A DNA stretch of 64,000 nt from Amphiscolops sp. MND2022 (taxonomy: Eukaryota). The DNA is taken from assembly GCA_964187785.1 (NCBI GenBank), contig OZ076412.1:74338001-74402000 (forward strand), in the 5' to 3' direction. The position numbers and the translations under genes are program-made. Shown one piece after another: positions 37,089-52,000 of this stretch. The notes beneath the pieces were generated by a model. It was given only the letters and a program-made list of their open reading frames with translations. It did not search any database and was not told the origin of the DNA. Numbering within the stretch: the stretch's first letter is position 1; each line of letters opens with the position of its first letter.

Positions 37089-40000
37089 GTGAGAACTGCA
37101 GAACCAATTCTCCATGGCCTTTTTGCATTTATTCTGTCCGACTTGTTCTTCGCAAAATCTCTGTAAGATCATAAGAAGTACACTCAACTCCGTTTATAAC
37201 GATATTCCGGTTATAGCGATCGAGTTTCACGGTCCCAGTCACGATGCTAGTATATAACTATTTTCGCCTATAACAATATTCGAATATATAGCGATTAAAA
37301 ACTTCGGTCCCCGGGCTATCGTTATAAGCGGAGTTGAGTGTAGTTTATAAAATACTGAGATAAGTGAAGACTGCAAATTGTGCAGTATGGTCTTCAACAT
37401 TTCAGTACATTTCGTCCTGTGCAATTGAAACGTTGCCTTTTCAACCGCTCACAATTTCAACCTATTGCATTTTCAACTTTCTGCAATTTCGACCTAAACT
37501 AATTTTGGCTAGTTGATCATGATTAGTTACATAATTATTTCATGTTTTTCCATTTTCATACATTCCTAAAACCAAATATGCTAACTTTTACGCCAGGTTT
37601 GATGTTTTGGCTTCTTCATGGATAATTACCATTAATTGAGTGTTTGATTCATTAGTAACTATTGTACTGAAATAATAACTCAAAACCGAATTAGGATTAA
37701 ATAGCCAAATTAGTTTAGGTTGAAGTTGCACGTTGAAATGGGAACGGCTAAAATTGTATAGGACGAAATGTCATGTAACCGCGCAGTATGGCCCAAAAGC
37801 TCAAATACACACTGACTCACGAATAAGCATAGTAGTTTTGTAAGGTTTGTTCTGCTTTGCTTGCCAAATGTGTGAAGACTGCTTTTTAGCCTTGATTCAT
37901 GTTGGACCTCAATTGTTTGATTTCAGCGCAATTTTTCATGCCGCCACATGGACCCATGCCCGGTCAGATTCCACCGCTGTATCATCTGCAGCCGCAGCAT
38001 CCTCACCACTTGAACATACGACCTCCCCATCCGAATACAAACGTGAACACAGGCGTGGGAGGACCAGCGCAGCCGTACGGTCATCACATGAACCATCATG
38101 GTCATCAGATGCAGGAGACGTCCAACTCCATCCACCAGATGAACTACAACCAGCCCGGCTACATGACGAACGCGCCCCCACCGCCCAACGTGACCGCCTC
38201 CAACGCACAGCCCAACTTCGTGCCCCCCACAAGCATGCATATGATGTCGGGCGGGTCCGCCGGTTCCGGAAATGCGGGGGCTGGTGGCTCAGTTAACGTG
38301 GATGCCAGTAGCAGCCAGCAGAATCACCAGTATTCGCGAAGTCAGAACGACCAGTCGGCTGCCCCTCCGGGCGCAGGAGTCAATGCCGGCGGGGCTCTGG
38401 GGTCCGAGGCAGGGGGTAACTCTGGAAGCAACTCTGGGCAGGCGTCATCCACAGCTAACACTGCTCCCAAACCAGTCCGAACAAAGATTGTTATCAGGGA
38501 TGCCACCACTCAGAAAGAGATCAACGTCGAAGAGTGGAAGAAGGGAGGCTCTTCATCTGCCGGTCCCAATGCTACTAACGTTAGACACTTCTCCATCTTT
38601 TTCTAAGCTTTTCCTTCATCTTTTTCTCTCCTTCACAAATTCTGAGGTTTTGAAAATATATATAAAAAAATAATGCATATCAAAAGCTCAAGGTGAAGTG
38701 ATAAAAATGTTGCATTTGCCCATGTTGAAGAGAGCGCTCGTCGCTAAAGTTTTTCAGGTGCCAACACGTTGCAAGCTGCAAAGCCTCCTTACAGTGTCAG
38801 TAACGGTCCCATTGAAATAAATTTTTCAACATTGGCAAGTTGAGGACAATTTATAAATTTGGTCGTCGTATCGAAATTTGATGGATAGTCAAAAATGGCT
38901 GGGCTAAGTGATTAGTTGCACCCGAAGGTTTGTCAACGTTAAGACAGCCCTCCCTCGCGGACTATGGCACTTATAGAGGCCTCTACCGTAGCTAGTTGAC
39001 AAAACCCATCAATCTCACAGTGTTGGAAATTACTCAAACAGGCTCCCTTGAGATTCGAAAACGCTTTTCACTAACTGAAAACATCAAAAACGGTCGATTT
39101 GGTGAAATCAAAAAAGCTCACAGTGCCGAAAAACTCAAAGGAGGGAAAGGACCCTTTGGCTTAGGCTCGCTTTGCAAACATGTGACAAGTTGTGACAACA
39201 AAAATATAGAAATTTATTGAATTATTTGCATAACATCAGTTCGAGTGAGGTCTTTAACAAATTCTAATGCGCGGACTAGAAAAATTTCAATTAGGTTTTA
39301 GAAACGAAAATGAAGTTTTTTACAACTTAGATCAGTGACTCCTGGATGTTTATTCGTTAATAAAGTTGACTTATGCCAGTACACATCCAAATTTACCTGG
39401 TTTCGTTTTTCCATGTTATGACCTTTTTTGATATCTCCAATCTTGTCAAAATTTGAGTGACGTAATCGTGTTTTGAAATGACGTCATCAAATATTTGAAT
39501 GATTCAATTGTACACAAATGATTGACAAAGTCAATGATGAATTATGTGGAGACTTCTCTGTCGAAATATCATTTGTCAAGTTTTGCTCATGTGTATACAA
39601 CCAACTATTCGTTAGTTTTTTTTTTAAATTTTACTTCACTTTTTTAGTTAGAGTGTGAATATAGGGCTCTATGAAAGGCATCCATAGCAAAAAGTTTTAG
39701 TGAATGTCAAAAATAGTTTTTCTTTATCACCTTGTTAGCGCATTTTTTTTGATGTTTTCGATGTGTTTCAGTCTAAAATTGGCGGTATCACAATACTGTA
39801 TTTTCCCCTAAATGTTATCGAGTTTCAAAAAACTTATAGATTAAAATATTTACCACACGTTTTTTGTAGCAAAATAGTTTCAATTGGAGTAATCCAGGGA
39901 TGTAAAAAATACATTTCAATGATCTTTTTGAAGTAATTATATTTGTTCAAACGAAAAATATTGGCCTATATTGTAAGTCGAAATTATATAATGTTCAAAG

Positions 40001-43000
40001 TGTTCATCTCTGACTATATTTATACCCCATTGATTTTTCATTACAGACAAAAAATATCTCAAAATGGACATTTTTTTTTCAATGGCTGTTTTTCAGTAGT
40101 CCTCAATTAGCCGTATATATCAATCAATAATATACCAAACTTTGAAGATAACACGTCCTGAATGGATTTTGCTACACGCCTAGTAACTAAAACCAAGTAC
40201 TTCATAATAGTTGGATGAGAAATTGTGTTTTGTGTGTTTTGTGTGTGTATACGATTAAAACCGCATATTTGTGTTACTTCTTCGGCAACTCCAAAATGAA
40301 TATCAAAAATATTGGTCTAGAACAAATATATATTAGAAAAAATAAATATATTGTACAAAACTACAAATATATTGTACAAAACTACACTATATTTTATTGT
40401 CAATATATTTTAAATAGAATATATTTTTACATCCCTATTCGGTCGATGTATCTCATTTTTAGTGTCAATGGCATTGTATTATGAGTTTGTCTGGTCTATG
40501 AGTTTGTCATGTTAGCCTTGGACTGTGAGCTGGTTGCAGTGGCTTGCTTTGAATAGGATAGTCTGTCGTCTATTGCAACGCACTCGTACTCTCTGCATGT
40601 GTGCGCTCACTTGCTGTTCCTTCAAGGAAGCAGTAACGTCACTGCATGCAGGCAGGAAAAGCCAGGGCGGTTGTTGACCTCGGGAGTGAAATGGCGACGG
40701 TGGCTATTGCAGTGAATGTTTTGAGTCATGTCGGTTACTGTGCTACACGACCGATAAAAAGAGCGCCGCGCATTCTATTTTACACTTCAATATTCCCAAC
40801 ATGCGCTCTACACTTACTTAGAACATCGAAAGGGGCCGTTTTCAAAGGCCACTGAATGCAACCAGACATGAGGGATGAAATACAATTGATGTACTTTAAA
40901 TGGGTTACTGAATGCTTTGCGACAATGGTGTCACAAAATATATCCTGTAGCATTCTTTTCTACCATCCTGGTTTGAAATGAAAGTGAAATTGGATGCAGA
41001 ATTAGCCGTTTTGTAATGAAAGGACCCCAAAGCTTCTGGAGTAAATGCTCATCCGATTTTCATCATGTTTTTGAAAGAAACTCAAGTACAATTGCACTAC
41101 AACATTTTGTTTTCAGAGTCAAGAAGCTTCGGGGAAAAGTGGAAGCAAGGTTTCAGTTTCCGTGGCTGACAGTAAAGACAGTTCCAAACAGACTGGAAGC
41201 GGCGGCAAAAAGGGCGCTTTGGACACCTTTGAAGCCTCCAAGCGAAAGGACAGCGGCAGCCACAAGCAAGGAGAGACTGCTGCGAATGGCAGCAAAACCA
41301 CGACAGACGACGAGAAGAAGTTAGCCGCCGAGAGGAGGACACCCCCTGTTGTCAACGGACATGCAGATATCCCCACAGCCTCTGTTTCCCAAAGCACACC
41401 TGTGGAGTCAGCACACCTGTCAGGAAACAGTATGGGCGACTTTTCAAAGGTGGATTTCGGCAAGGTGAAAGAGTTTGTACCGGAAATGAACAAGACATCA
41501 TCGGGGCCCATGGGCGGTGCTCGAGGGGGCGAACAGCCCATTCTGGTGGCCAAGCCCAGCATCGACTCAGAGGCAGACGTGACGCCCAGCCCGACTGTAG
41601 CCACTGTCACGGACCAGTCTGCTGAGTGCGCAGGTCAAGAGGTCACTGTCTATCAGTTCGACCTCAAGAAAAACTCACAGGTTTGCTCGCAACCTTGTAT
41701 TCTTCAGTGAACTGGCTTTCTTTTAAATGCTTTTTAGGATTTAAATGCTTTTTTGCAACGTGGGTCATTATGTCGGAAGTGTCCATCTTAACCCTAAATG
41801 GACGATTGGGACGAATTCGTACCGAGGGCACTAGCTGAATGTATGGAAGAGAAAACTTGAATAAGATTTTTAAACAATAATACATAGCATTGCACGCATT
41901 TTCACGAGTTTTTGACTTGATGTCTCTGAAATCAAGAAACCGGGACCAAAAAAACTGCAGATTTTTAGCCTTTCCGGTTTCCGTTTGTGGCCATTTTATC
42001 CCATTGGTATCAATGTTGTTCGGACCTAGCATGTTTTGAAACATACTGAATTGCAATCAGTGACATGAGGTGTGCAAGGTTTTGGCGTCCGGATATTGCG
42101 GTTTAAACATTCAGCACCAGATTTTTGGATGGCTTCGGAAATTTCCTCCTCCATTTAGGATTAAACGAGCTTTGAAATGTGAAAGAAATTGACAATTTTT
42201 GAATCCAACGCAGTATAATGGCCGTTTTTGTTTTCATAGATATATATTTTTCCACGTACTCGTGTGTTTCAGGCTGTTATCAACACAGACAATGGCAAGT
42301 GCATCATAGTACAAGCGTCGCCCACTTCTACTCCCGCTGTAGAGGACACAGAGAGGGTACCTGCCACTGCTGCGAACAACAACCACGAGACTGAACAAGC
42401 AGACAATCTACCTGTTGCATCCGCCGCCGCCGCCAGCAAGGCACCCCCCAGCAAAAGTAGCCATAAAGACAACAAACACGACGGGGACAAAACCAATCAG
42501 AATGACAGCAAGGATTTCCCGAAGAGAGGGGAGAAGTTCGTTTCGAGCAGTGCCGCTGCGGCCGCAGCAGCTTCCAACTCCAACAACCAGTCGGGCAACG
42601 ACCGCAACAAGCACGTCAAGGGAAAAGACGGCCCTGGAGACGCGAGGAAAATGGACTTCGCCGCCACTCGAGCCCCCGAAGACAAATCTATGCAAGATAA
42701 TCAAGGTGAAAACAAAGTCCCAACCCAATTCGTTTTATTCTTTGCTAGATAGAAGACCTCTGTTTTATTTGTAGCGCGGTCTGGGCTTAGATTAGGCTCC
42801 GCAGAAATTCACGCTGAAGGATCATCAAATTTCACACTTCCATATCACGCTAATTTTGGTCTAATTTCACGCATTTTCTTGTCAGAATTAGAAAAGCGTT
42901 TCGTTTGGCATTGACATACAAAAACAACAATTTCTTCTAGTTTTAAAATCTAAGTTTTGACGCTCATTGGTCAGAATTTTTAGCTGGCTGCAGAAACAAG

Positions 43001-46000
43001 ATTTTCCTGCCAAAATTGATGATATTGGTATTTTTCATCCAATTTCACGCCATATTTTCTATTTTTAAGGTATTGTTAGTAGTTATTTTACGCTTTTATT
43101 TTCGGTGACACGCTGAAATTTGATTGGGCAATAATTCACGCGTTTACATGATTTCACGCCGCGTGAAATACTGCGGAGCCTAGTTTAGATGGTTGGCGTA
43201 TGTTCAAGAAATATTTAGAAGTTCATAATTTAGGGCTATAATGTCATTAAGTTCGCATTTAATTGCTACCTAATTGCGTGTTCAAACGTTTAGATCAACT
43301 GTATTCCAAAAATTAAGTGACCTAATAAGTCGACTTCATTCAGTTTTTACTCTAATCCGGGAACTTTACACTGTAAAGAATAGATGTTGAAATAAGGATA
43401 AAGATGTAATTTCACTAATTGCTGTTCGGATTACACCCGGATTTGCGACAGGCGTTTGTAGATTGATTGCTTGATTGTACTAGTTATGAATATTTCTTTA
43501 TAATTGAGGGTTTGCGTACAAGCGGATTTGAGACAAGAAGTTTGCAATGGCAACCAAAGCGATTGAATGGTGGCATCATGGTGCAGTGGTGCTTCATTTA
43601 GAATTTCCATTAGCTAAGAATTCGAGTGTGCTAAATTTGGCATTTACAACAATTTTACTAGAGGCGATTGAAGCCGTGCAATTATTTGTATTGTCATATC
43701 TTGCTGGTTGGTGTGATGAAGTTCAGTTCAGTCGTCACTTATGGTTAGACTGCAACAACAGCCTCAGAGTGAGTACTCACTGCATATTGCATCTAATTTG
43801 CTTTCTTTTCTTCTCGAACAACCACCAACAATAAGCCTCACGCGGTTTATCACGCAATTTCAACGGCCTTCGTTAATATACACCATCCATTGTAACAAAC
43901 CGCATCGCTGCTTATTTTTTGACTTGAAAACAAAAAAAAAACGTGGTTGGTTTTGGTTGTAACTTTTAATTCGGTGTTCACGTTTAGGGGGAAGCTTTAA
44001 AAATGCGAAAGGCCACAAGAGAAAGAAGAAGGAGAAAGAGTTTGAGAAAAGAGGCGAGACAAACTTGCTGAGTGCTTATGACGTGCAAAACGAGCCGCCG
44101 GCTGAAAACAAGCAGTCGAGTGGAGCAGCGGTCAGCGCCAACGCCCACAAGAACTCATCAGGAGCTGCTGTGCCTACCGTAGACGTCAGCGCTGCTGCTG
44201 CAACTACCAGTAGCAATGCCCACGCCGGCGCAGCTGCATCGGCGGCAGCCACCGGTCCCGCCAAGCCCAACAAACTGGGTTTGGGCACGATAACTGCAGT
44301 CGACAACCCATCTACCTCAGATCCGCTCCAAACAGAAAGAAGTGCACATGGAGCCGAAGCCAAGGCCAACAATGCCGCCGCCGAGTCGGAAAAGGCCGAG
44401 GAAGAGACTTGTTGGGAAGACAAGACATTGGCCGACGACACACCCGAGAACGGAAACAAGGCAACCAAGTTTGCAGACAGTGAAAACGGCACTGCCACCG
44501 GAAGTAGTAGTAATGCCAAGTCATCTACCAATACCCGCAAAGTGTACGACAGAGATTTCCTCCTCAGCAAGCAGAAGGCGGCGGGTTCTCTGAAGAAAGC
44601 GTCCTTTACCGAGGAGCCGCATCTGAAAGACATAGTTACTCACAGTCCGCAGTTTTTGCAGCCATTAGCCGATAATGTGCCAGTTAACGACTTCCGAGAC
44701 TTCTCGTCTTCGCACAATTATGGAAACCCTTCACTCGGTGGACCCGGAAATGACTTTGCTCCAGATTTCTTGCGTAGACAACAGAGACCTATGGTGAGCA
44801 TTTGATCCTTGCTTTTTATGCGATCTCTAAATTTACTAGCTTTCAAGAGTTCTTTAGATCGATTTATCTTCCCATGAATTAAAATCAGGGTTGTGCATTA
44901 TTGCTTTGTCAATATTATTGTTCCTCTGAAAACTACCATTTTTGCTCAAAAAGACAAACGTTGCAATAATTGAATTATTGCAGACTATACACTAGGTGCT
45001 GATATCCTCATTGCACTTCGTTTCTGTTTGTTTAATTTCTTCAATATCCCGCCGCAAAATTCAATCAACTTACTGTATTAAAGTTCTTGCATCTAACTTT
45101 TCGTTTAGGTGTCGGTCAATTCATCAATTCATGGCGTAATTACCATCATAGTTGCTTAAAATTACATAATTATTTGTTTTTTTTTACATTGTCCCAATAT
45201 TGTCGACACGACTAAAACCAATTGCAATTAACTTTTCTTTGAAACACAATTATTACATCAAAAATATTGACCATAATTGCTCCGTTAAATATTAATTGCA
45301 CAACCCTGATTAAAATACCTACCCGTGGCGTCAAGTGCCAAAATTCAACCAGCGATTCGTAGTTCTCAATCATAAATTGATTTGTTTTTGTTTAGGGTGG
45401 TCCCACAAATTCGAGAGGCAAGGGTGGTATGGGAGGTGGCAATAATTTGCAGGGCGGAGGAACCAAAAGTTTCCGAAGTGACCGAGGATCCCACAACCAC
45501 AATCAGGGCAGAATGCACTTCACGACAAACGCGCAGAATCAAGACATCCGACTGACAGAGTCTGAGAATGCGTGGAAGTCCAGACGCAAGCAAGATTTCA
45601 CCAACACTGACGAGGAAGTCCTCAAGACAGAAAACATCAAGCGAGCGACTACTGCCATCTTGAACAAACTCACTCCCAATAACTTCTCACTCTTGTCAAA
45701 CGAGATGGCCCGACTCGACATTGACACCGACGAGCGAGTCGGTTTCGTCATCGACATCACTTTCGAGAAAGCATGCATGGAACCTAACTTCGCGGAAGCA
45801 TATGCCAACATGTGCAAAACAGTCTTATCAATCAGAAGTGTAAGTATCGTCCATTTTTGTCAAGTTCCATTTTTTCAGCTGCTCCGCTGTGGATAGTGTC
45901 GTGTTTATCTAAAGTTTATATCCGTAGAAACTTAAATCTTCGTTATCCCAGATCAATTTGTTGATGCTATTGAGTTCTATTCAATTTACACACAGTTTTG

Positions 46001-49000
46001 TTTCGCAACTTTCGGTTTAAGGTGTAATGCAGTTTCATACAGATTTTTTGCCTACACTCGACATACATTTGGTCGAAAGACTAATGCGACAAATATAGTT
46101 TCAAATTAACCTCGACAGTGATTTCGTCCTCAACTGAGGACAGCGAATTTTTTTGCAATCAATGAAAAAATTACGAAACACAAAAAAATAGGAAAACAAA
46201 AACGTGTCTTTCTTATCGACAATCTGTTGGACTAACTGGGCTGAGTTGCTACCTGTGTCAGTAGATTTTCTCACCGAGCCACCGGCAAAAAGTAACTGGC
46301 AAAATATGAAAATCTGCAAAAAAATACATTTCAAAATTTTATATTTTCTCAATAACAGCAATTCTGGTAACACAGTTGGCCACCAGTGAAAACACATATG
46401 GATGTTTTTTCAATGAAGCTTCAGCTATGAGTATCACCGGCATTTGAGAGTAATGTGTTGTCGCTACAGCGCCTTCAAGAGCAGAAGAACCAGAATGAGC
46501 CAGGAACTTCGGAAGTGAAGGCCGACCCAGTGGTGGCTTTGTTCAGACGTCAACTGCTAAACAGATGTCAGCAGGAGTTCCAGAGAGAAAAGGACTACGA
46601 AAAAGAGTACGAGGACAAACGACGAGAAATTGAGAACACTGTTTGGGTGAGCAATACTTCCTTTCTGATCCTTATCTCAACCGCACCTGTTTTGACTGTC
46701 TAGTACCATTCGTACATTTCCAAAACCATCTTTAGGAGTCGGAAAAAATTTTCGACTACTTGTGCACTCGTACCGTTTTCCTCTCGACCTCTCAATGACA
46801 ATTTCTAATTTCTCAAATTTCAAAATCTGTCCATAGGATTTTTATAAAATTTATCACAGTCATTCTACACCCAAAAGTGCTCCTGCGTGCGCAATGACAT
46901 CGAAATCGTATGACTGGGATCTGAGAAACAGCCGAAATTAGTCCAAAAATGACCAAATAACAATTGAGTACGTAGTTTGTTTTTCGATTTTATTCCGTTT
47001 CCAACTCCTTTACCGCACATGCGGCTCTGGTCGACGTAAGTTTTTCTTGATTCACCACAGCCGTTGTTTTCCAGGAACACGAGAAGGAGAAGAGAGAGGC
47101 TTTGGAGAACCTTGAGCTGGAGCTGAAGAGATCAAAGAAGAAGTCTTTGGGCAACAACAGATTCATCGGCGAGCTGTTCAAACTGGACTTCCTCACTGAA
47201 CGCATCATGCACTCGTGCATCGAGTCGCTGCTGAAGAATTCCAAGGACGAGGACTCTTTGGAGTGCATGTGCAAACTGTTGACTACCATTGGTCGCAAGA
47301 TGGACCACGAAACTGGCCGCAACCTCATGGACCAGTACTTCAAACGTATCCACAACATGATCGTCAACAAACAGACCTCATCCAGAATCAGATTCATGCT
47401 TCAAGACATCGTCGATCTCAGAGCTGTTAGTGTGCTGTGCTCTTTTGAGAGATAAGAGTTTCTCTAAGTTCCCGATCAGAGTTTTGACACCGCTAATCAG
47501 CGATTTAGCGAATTAGTGGCCGCGCAGGAATTTTTCAGCGATTTCATTAGCGATTCAAATTAGCGGTAACTAACAGACCCTCCAAATTCAAAATTTCTTC
47601 TGTGTATAAACGGTGTTTCAAAATGAATTTCGGAAAAATTCCAACTCTTACCCTTGTAAAACACGCACAGTATAAAAAATTCTAGTCTTTTCTCTTCCAA
47701 AAACCGAATAAGTTAATTTGAAACATAGTTGAAGCTAAACATTTAATAGTTCGCAGAAAAAGCTTTTCAGCGAAATAGCGATTTTCAAATTAGCTGTTTA
47801 GCGATTAGCGGAAGAAATTAGCGATGTCAAAACCCTGTTCCCGATTAGCTTTTCTTGCTTGCCATTAATGAATGCTGATGAAGTCTTCATTTTGGACAAA
47901 ACACCAAGTTTTTAGTCGGCTCTTTTAGAATAAAAGAGCCCGACTATTACAGTCACTCGTTTTTTTTTCTTTCTTTTCAAGACAGTCTCGAATGCGACGA
48001 AATTTTTGTTCAGTTTGTTCAACTAAACGAATACCTGGGAAACGCATCTAATGTCCGGAGTAAAGCGCTATATCCGAACTTTTGATATTATATCCGAACT
48101 GTATTGCGTTTTTAAGGAGGAGGCGGAGGTTCGAAACCAAGAGTTTTCCACGAAAACGTCCTACGCATATTTTAAAAACTGCGCTTTTTGAGCCTTAGAT
48201 ATAGCGCCGACTTGAGACGTTCCCTTCTTGTATCGTTTAATGTATCTGATAGTTTATCAGAAAAAAAACATTTCTTATTGTTGGTAATTCGTACAAGTAG
48301 AGATAATTTATTCTTTTCCAGAAAAAGTGGGAGTCGAGTAAAGAAACTGCTCCCAAAACTATTGATCAGATCCACAAAGAAGCGCGAGAAGAAGATATTC
48401 AGATGAAAATTCAAGCTGAAAATCTGAAGAGCAAAAGCAGAAACGACCGACAGAATTCCTACAATGACCGCAAATTCCAGCATAATAACCGTTAGTTGAA
48501 ATAAACTTTCATTTGTCGGGATTTTTGAAGTAAAGAATGTGATGTCACTAAGTTCCTTCGTGGGGCATAGTGACAACTCATATCAAATTGAGAAAGCGAC
48601 AACTCATCAAGCGAGAAGTCATATCAATTAGGAAAAAATGACAACTCATATCAGGTTTGTCGATAGGTTACAAATGCCTAAATTGTGATATCTATCTAAT
48701 TGTAATAATTTATAATTAAATACAATTAGAAATTTGGAATTATTTTCCATTTTATGCGCTGTATCAAGATTATTCTCTCTGCAACCCTTTTGGATGAAGG
48801 TGTGATAAGGGAGTGACTATATACAGGACACTGATATTTACCATAAAATCTTGTTACTGGTTCATTATTTCTAGTAATTTTTCATCAATTAACTAATTTT
48901 CGCTATCTAATTAATTATTTAGATTAAATTTTCCTATGTAAATTTTGATTTTCTGTGATGAGTTTTGATTGATATGAGTTGTCGGCTGATTCGAGTTTTC

Positions 49001-52000
49001 GCTTGATATGAATTGTCGCTGTACGGATTCGTGGGAATGTCCATCTTGAGTTGTTTTTTGATTATTTATAGATCTCTAATTTATAAGAAATGCTATAATT
49101 GGCCTATGAAATTGGGGGAAAATTTCCTCATACCGGAAAATGTTATGTTTTTTCATCACATCAAATTCAAACATATTCAAGAAAAATTTCTCACACTCAT
49201 TGAGAAAATTTTACTTGAGTTCAAACAATTAATGGTTTGGAGAAAAGTTTTTCAGCGAAATAGCGGTTTAGTAATTAGCGATGTCAAAACTTTGAATTGG
49301 ATAGACTTGGTTCTTTATAGGGCACTTGCTAGAAGAGCCGTGTAAGGTCATGGACTGTCCCAATTGAATGATATTCTGATTCTAGAAACTTGGTTCAATT
49401 TGAAACTTGATTTTCATTCATCATTCAATTAAATGAACTTTCCTTTCCTTTATAAGACGTCTATTTAAGGACTCGCTGGCAACAGTGGACCTGGTTCCCA
49501 ACAGGAATGGCAGCCACAAACTGCCGGCTCAAATGCAGGGCGAAACACAGACATCCGAAGTCTGCTGGACAAGACTAAAATCGGCGCACTGGACACCAAA
49601 CTGGGCAGCGGCTTCGGAACAGCCAACCTTGGTGGCAATCGCAGCACCTGGAGCAAAGGTAGCGTCGGCACGAGTCAGAAGAACATCTCGAGTGGGCCAA
49701 CGTCTAGCCAGGGGTCCACGGCAAGCAACAGATTTGGTGCACTTCAAGATGTGTTTGCGATTGGATCCGACGAAAACCAAGAGTCCAATAGGTGCGGTGC
49801 AGTCACCTTTGCAAAAATCATTGCAAGCTTTCACAGTGTTGTCTGTTCAAATTTCATGTTTCGCTTTGCGATGCTTCGACTGTAGTAGACATCTGAAAAT
49901 AGTGGAACTTGTTCAAAGTCAAGTGTGTAAAAGATTATTTCGTGCTTCTTTCGTCGCAGCTACTCCGTTTTGCGATTCTGTGATGCTGTAAATTCAATCT
50001 CTGAACAAGACTTGAGAATGATTACTAGATGAACCAAAAAACGGATACACACAAAATTCCATTCCTCAAAAGTGTAATATTGCAAATATGACACTGAAAA
50101 TATTTAACTTTCTCTGCCAATCATCCTCTCAACGAATCTCTCAATCAAATCTTCAACAAAGAATGATCCGAACCTTAGAAAAAGTCTAGACGTCTTCGAC
50201 AGTCATTTCGTTCGCACTTTGGATCAGTGAAAGTTCTTTTGCTTCGAAGTAAAAATGTCAAACTGAATGACGAACAAGCTGAACTGCAATGTTCAGAGTT
50301 GTTTTGAAACATTTGTTGACAGAAAATATTTGGAACTTTGGGAGCTCAAACTTTTTCATGCTTCCGTTTTTTACTAGATGAACCAAAAAACGGAACGTAA
50401 AAAAATTTTTGAGCTCTCATTTTGTCAAATATTTGTTAACCGTTTCAAAACAACGTTGAACGCAAAGTTCAGCTTCATTCAATTTGACAACATTGCTTTC
50501 ACACATTCCAGTGTCAGAACTCTAACACATCAGAAGTGCGAACAAAGATGTCTAGACTTTGTCGGAAGGTTTAAAACATGCTCAGTTGAAGATGTGATTA
50601 CGCAATGAAAGCTTCATTTTGAATGCTTGACCGAAAAAGTGAAGGCTTATCAGCGAATTGCTTACAAATGCTTTTGACAAGGGTTTCCATTATTGTATTG
50701 TAATATATTGACGCTAAATAATCAATTATTGAAATTATTGTGCCCAAAAACAAAATAATGAAGAAATTTGAATTGACAAAATTTCTTGTACATCAAAATT
50801 AGTCCAAAATGCTTCATGCATCATCAAAAGCATTTGAGACTCAAAATTGCTCGGAGAAAGTTTCTTTCTATAATCAGTCATTATCAATTTTCAGGGTTGG
50901 CCATTCTATGTTTAAAATTCCCTCGGACAAAGACAGAAAAACAAGCTTGAAAAAATGATCTTATTCAATATCATTCAAATATCACATCACAAAAGTAAGT
51001 TTTTCAACTTTCTGAACTCCAAGCCTGTTGCGAAGATCAGAGTGGATGGACTAGACATGCCATTTCGAGTGCCAATTTCAGTAATCCTTTGAGATAGATT
51101 TTCATTTTCACTTGACATTTCATTAATTTGCTCATTTTAGACGCCTACTTGTCTGTCTACAACGATTACATCTAAATGAAATAAAAAAAACCTTTGATGG
51201 GATTGTATTTTATTCAAAATAAAACAGTGTTTTAAACCCATGTTTTATTTTGGCCAACCCTGTCAATTTTGATCGACTAAAAATATATGTGATGTTGTTA
51301 GACTAATAGCTTAAAATTTCACTCTGCAATTAATAATTTCCCCACAGGATTACGCGCAATCAATAATTGTTGGAAAACAGAGTCGTTAAATCAATAATTG
51401 TAATTAATTGCAATAATTGTTCTTCCAATAATTAATTGAACACCTCTGGCTTTTGAACAATGAAATTTTTACGCATTCCGTTTTTTAGGTTCTTCTAGTA
51501 TGGTTGATTATCCTAGTAGGATATAATGTGTGATAATTGGAGAGCATGATGGGTTTTGTTCCAGGTCCATTTCCTCCGATCACCGGAACAGGGGTGCTGC
51601 TGCCGACATGGCGAGACAGCGCAGCAGAGACGGCGGAGACTCCTCGACCGGCAGACACATGCAGACGTCTTCGAGGAGTGAGCGGAACCACCGAGGGGGA
51701 AACATGTCCTCCTCGTACGCGTCATCCAACGGGCGTGGAGACTCGCCAGCCGACGGCCGAGGGGGCGGCAAGTTCGTCTCCGCTGGGGGCTCCCGATTCG
51801 CCGGAGCCTCTGGCTCTACTGGCAGTGCAAGTGGCCGCTCCAACTTGGGCGGCGGTGGCAAACAATCAACTGGTGCTACATATCCTACCCAGAATTCAGG
51901 TAATCATACCGCCAAGTAACCGAATTAGTCCTAACGTTTTGAACAGAACTGTGAATTATGAGCAGGGGTGGTCAATTTTTAAGTGTTGTTTACACTTGAT

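Noticed and set aside
38758-38800. Extra eIF4G exon in intron 2 (TTTTCAG|GTGCCAAC...)
   Set aside because: The plausible frame needs phase 1 entry while exon 2 ends in phase 0, and there is no good donor.
43565-43640. tRNA gene (A-box-like TGGTGCAGTGG)
   Set aside because: No cloverleaf and no convincing B box.
44076-44633. Long antisense ORFs over eIF4G exons (also 41119-41610, 37923-38240, 51580-51861)
   Set aside because: Shadows of GC-rich coding exons, with no recognisable motifs.
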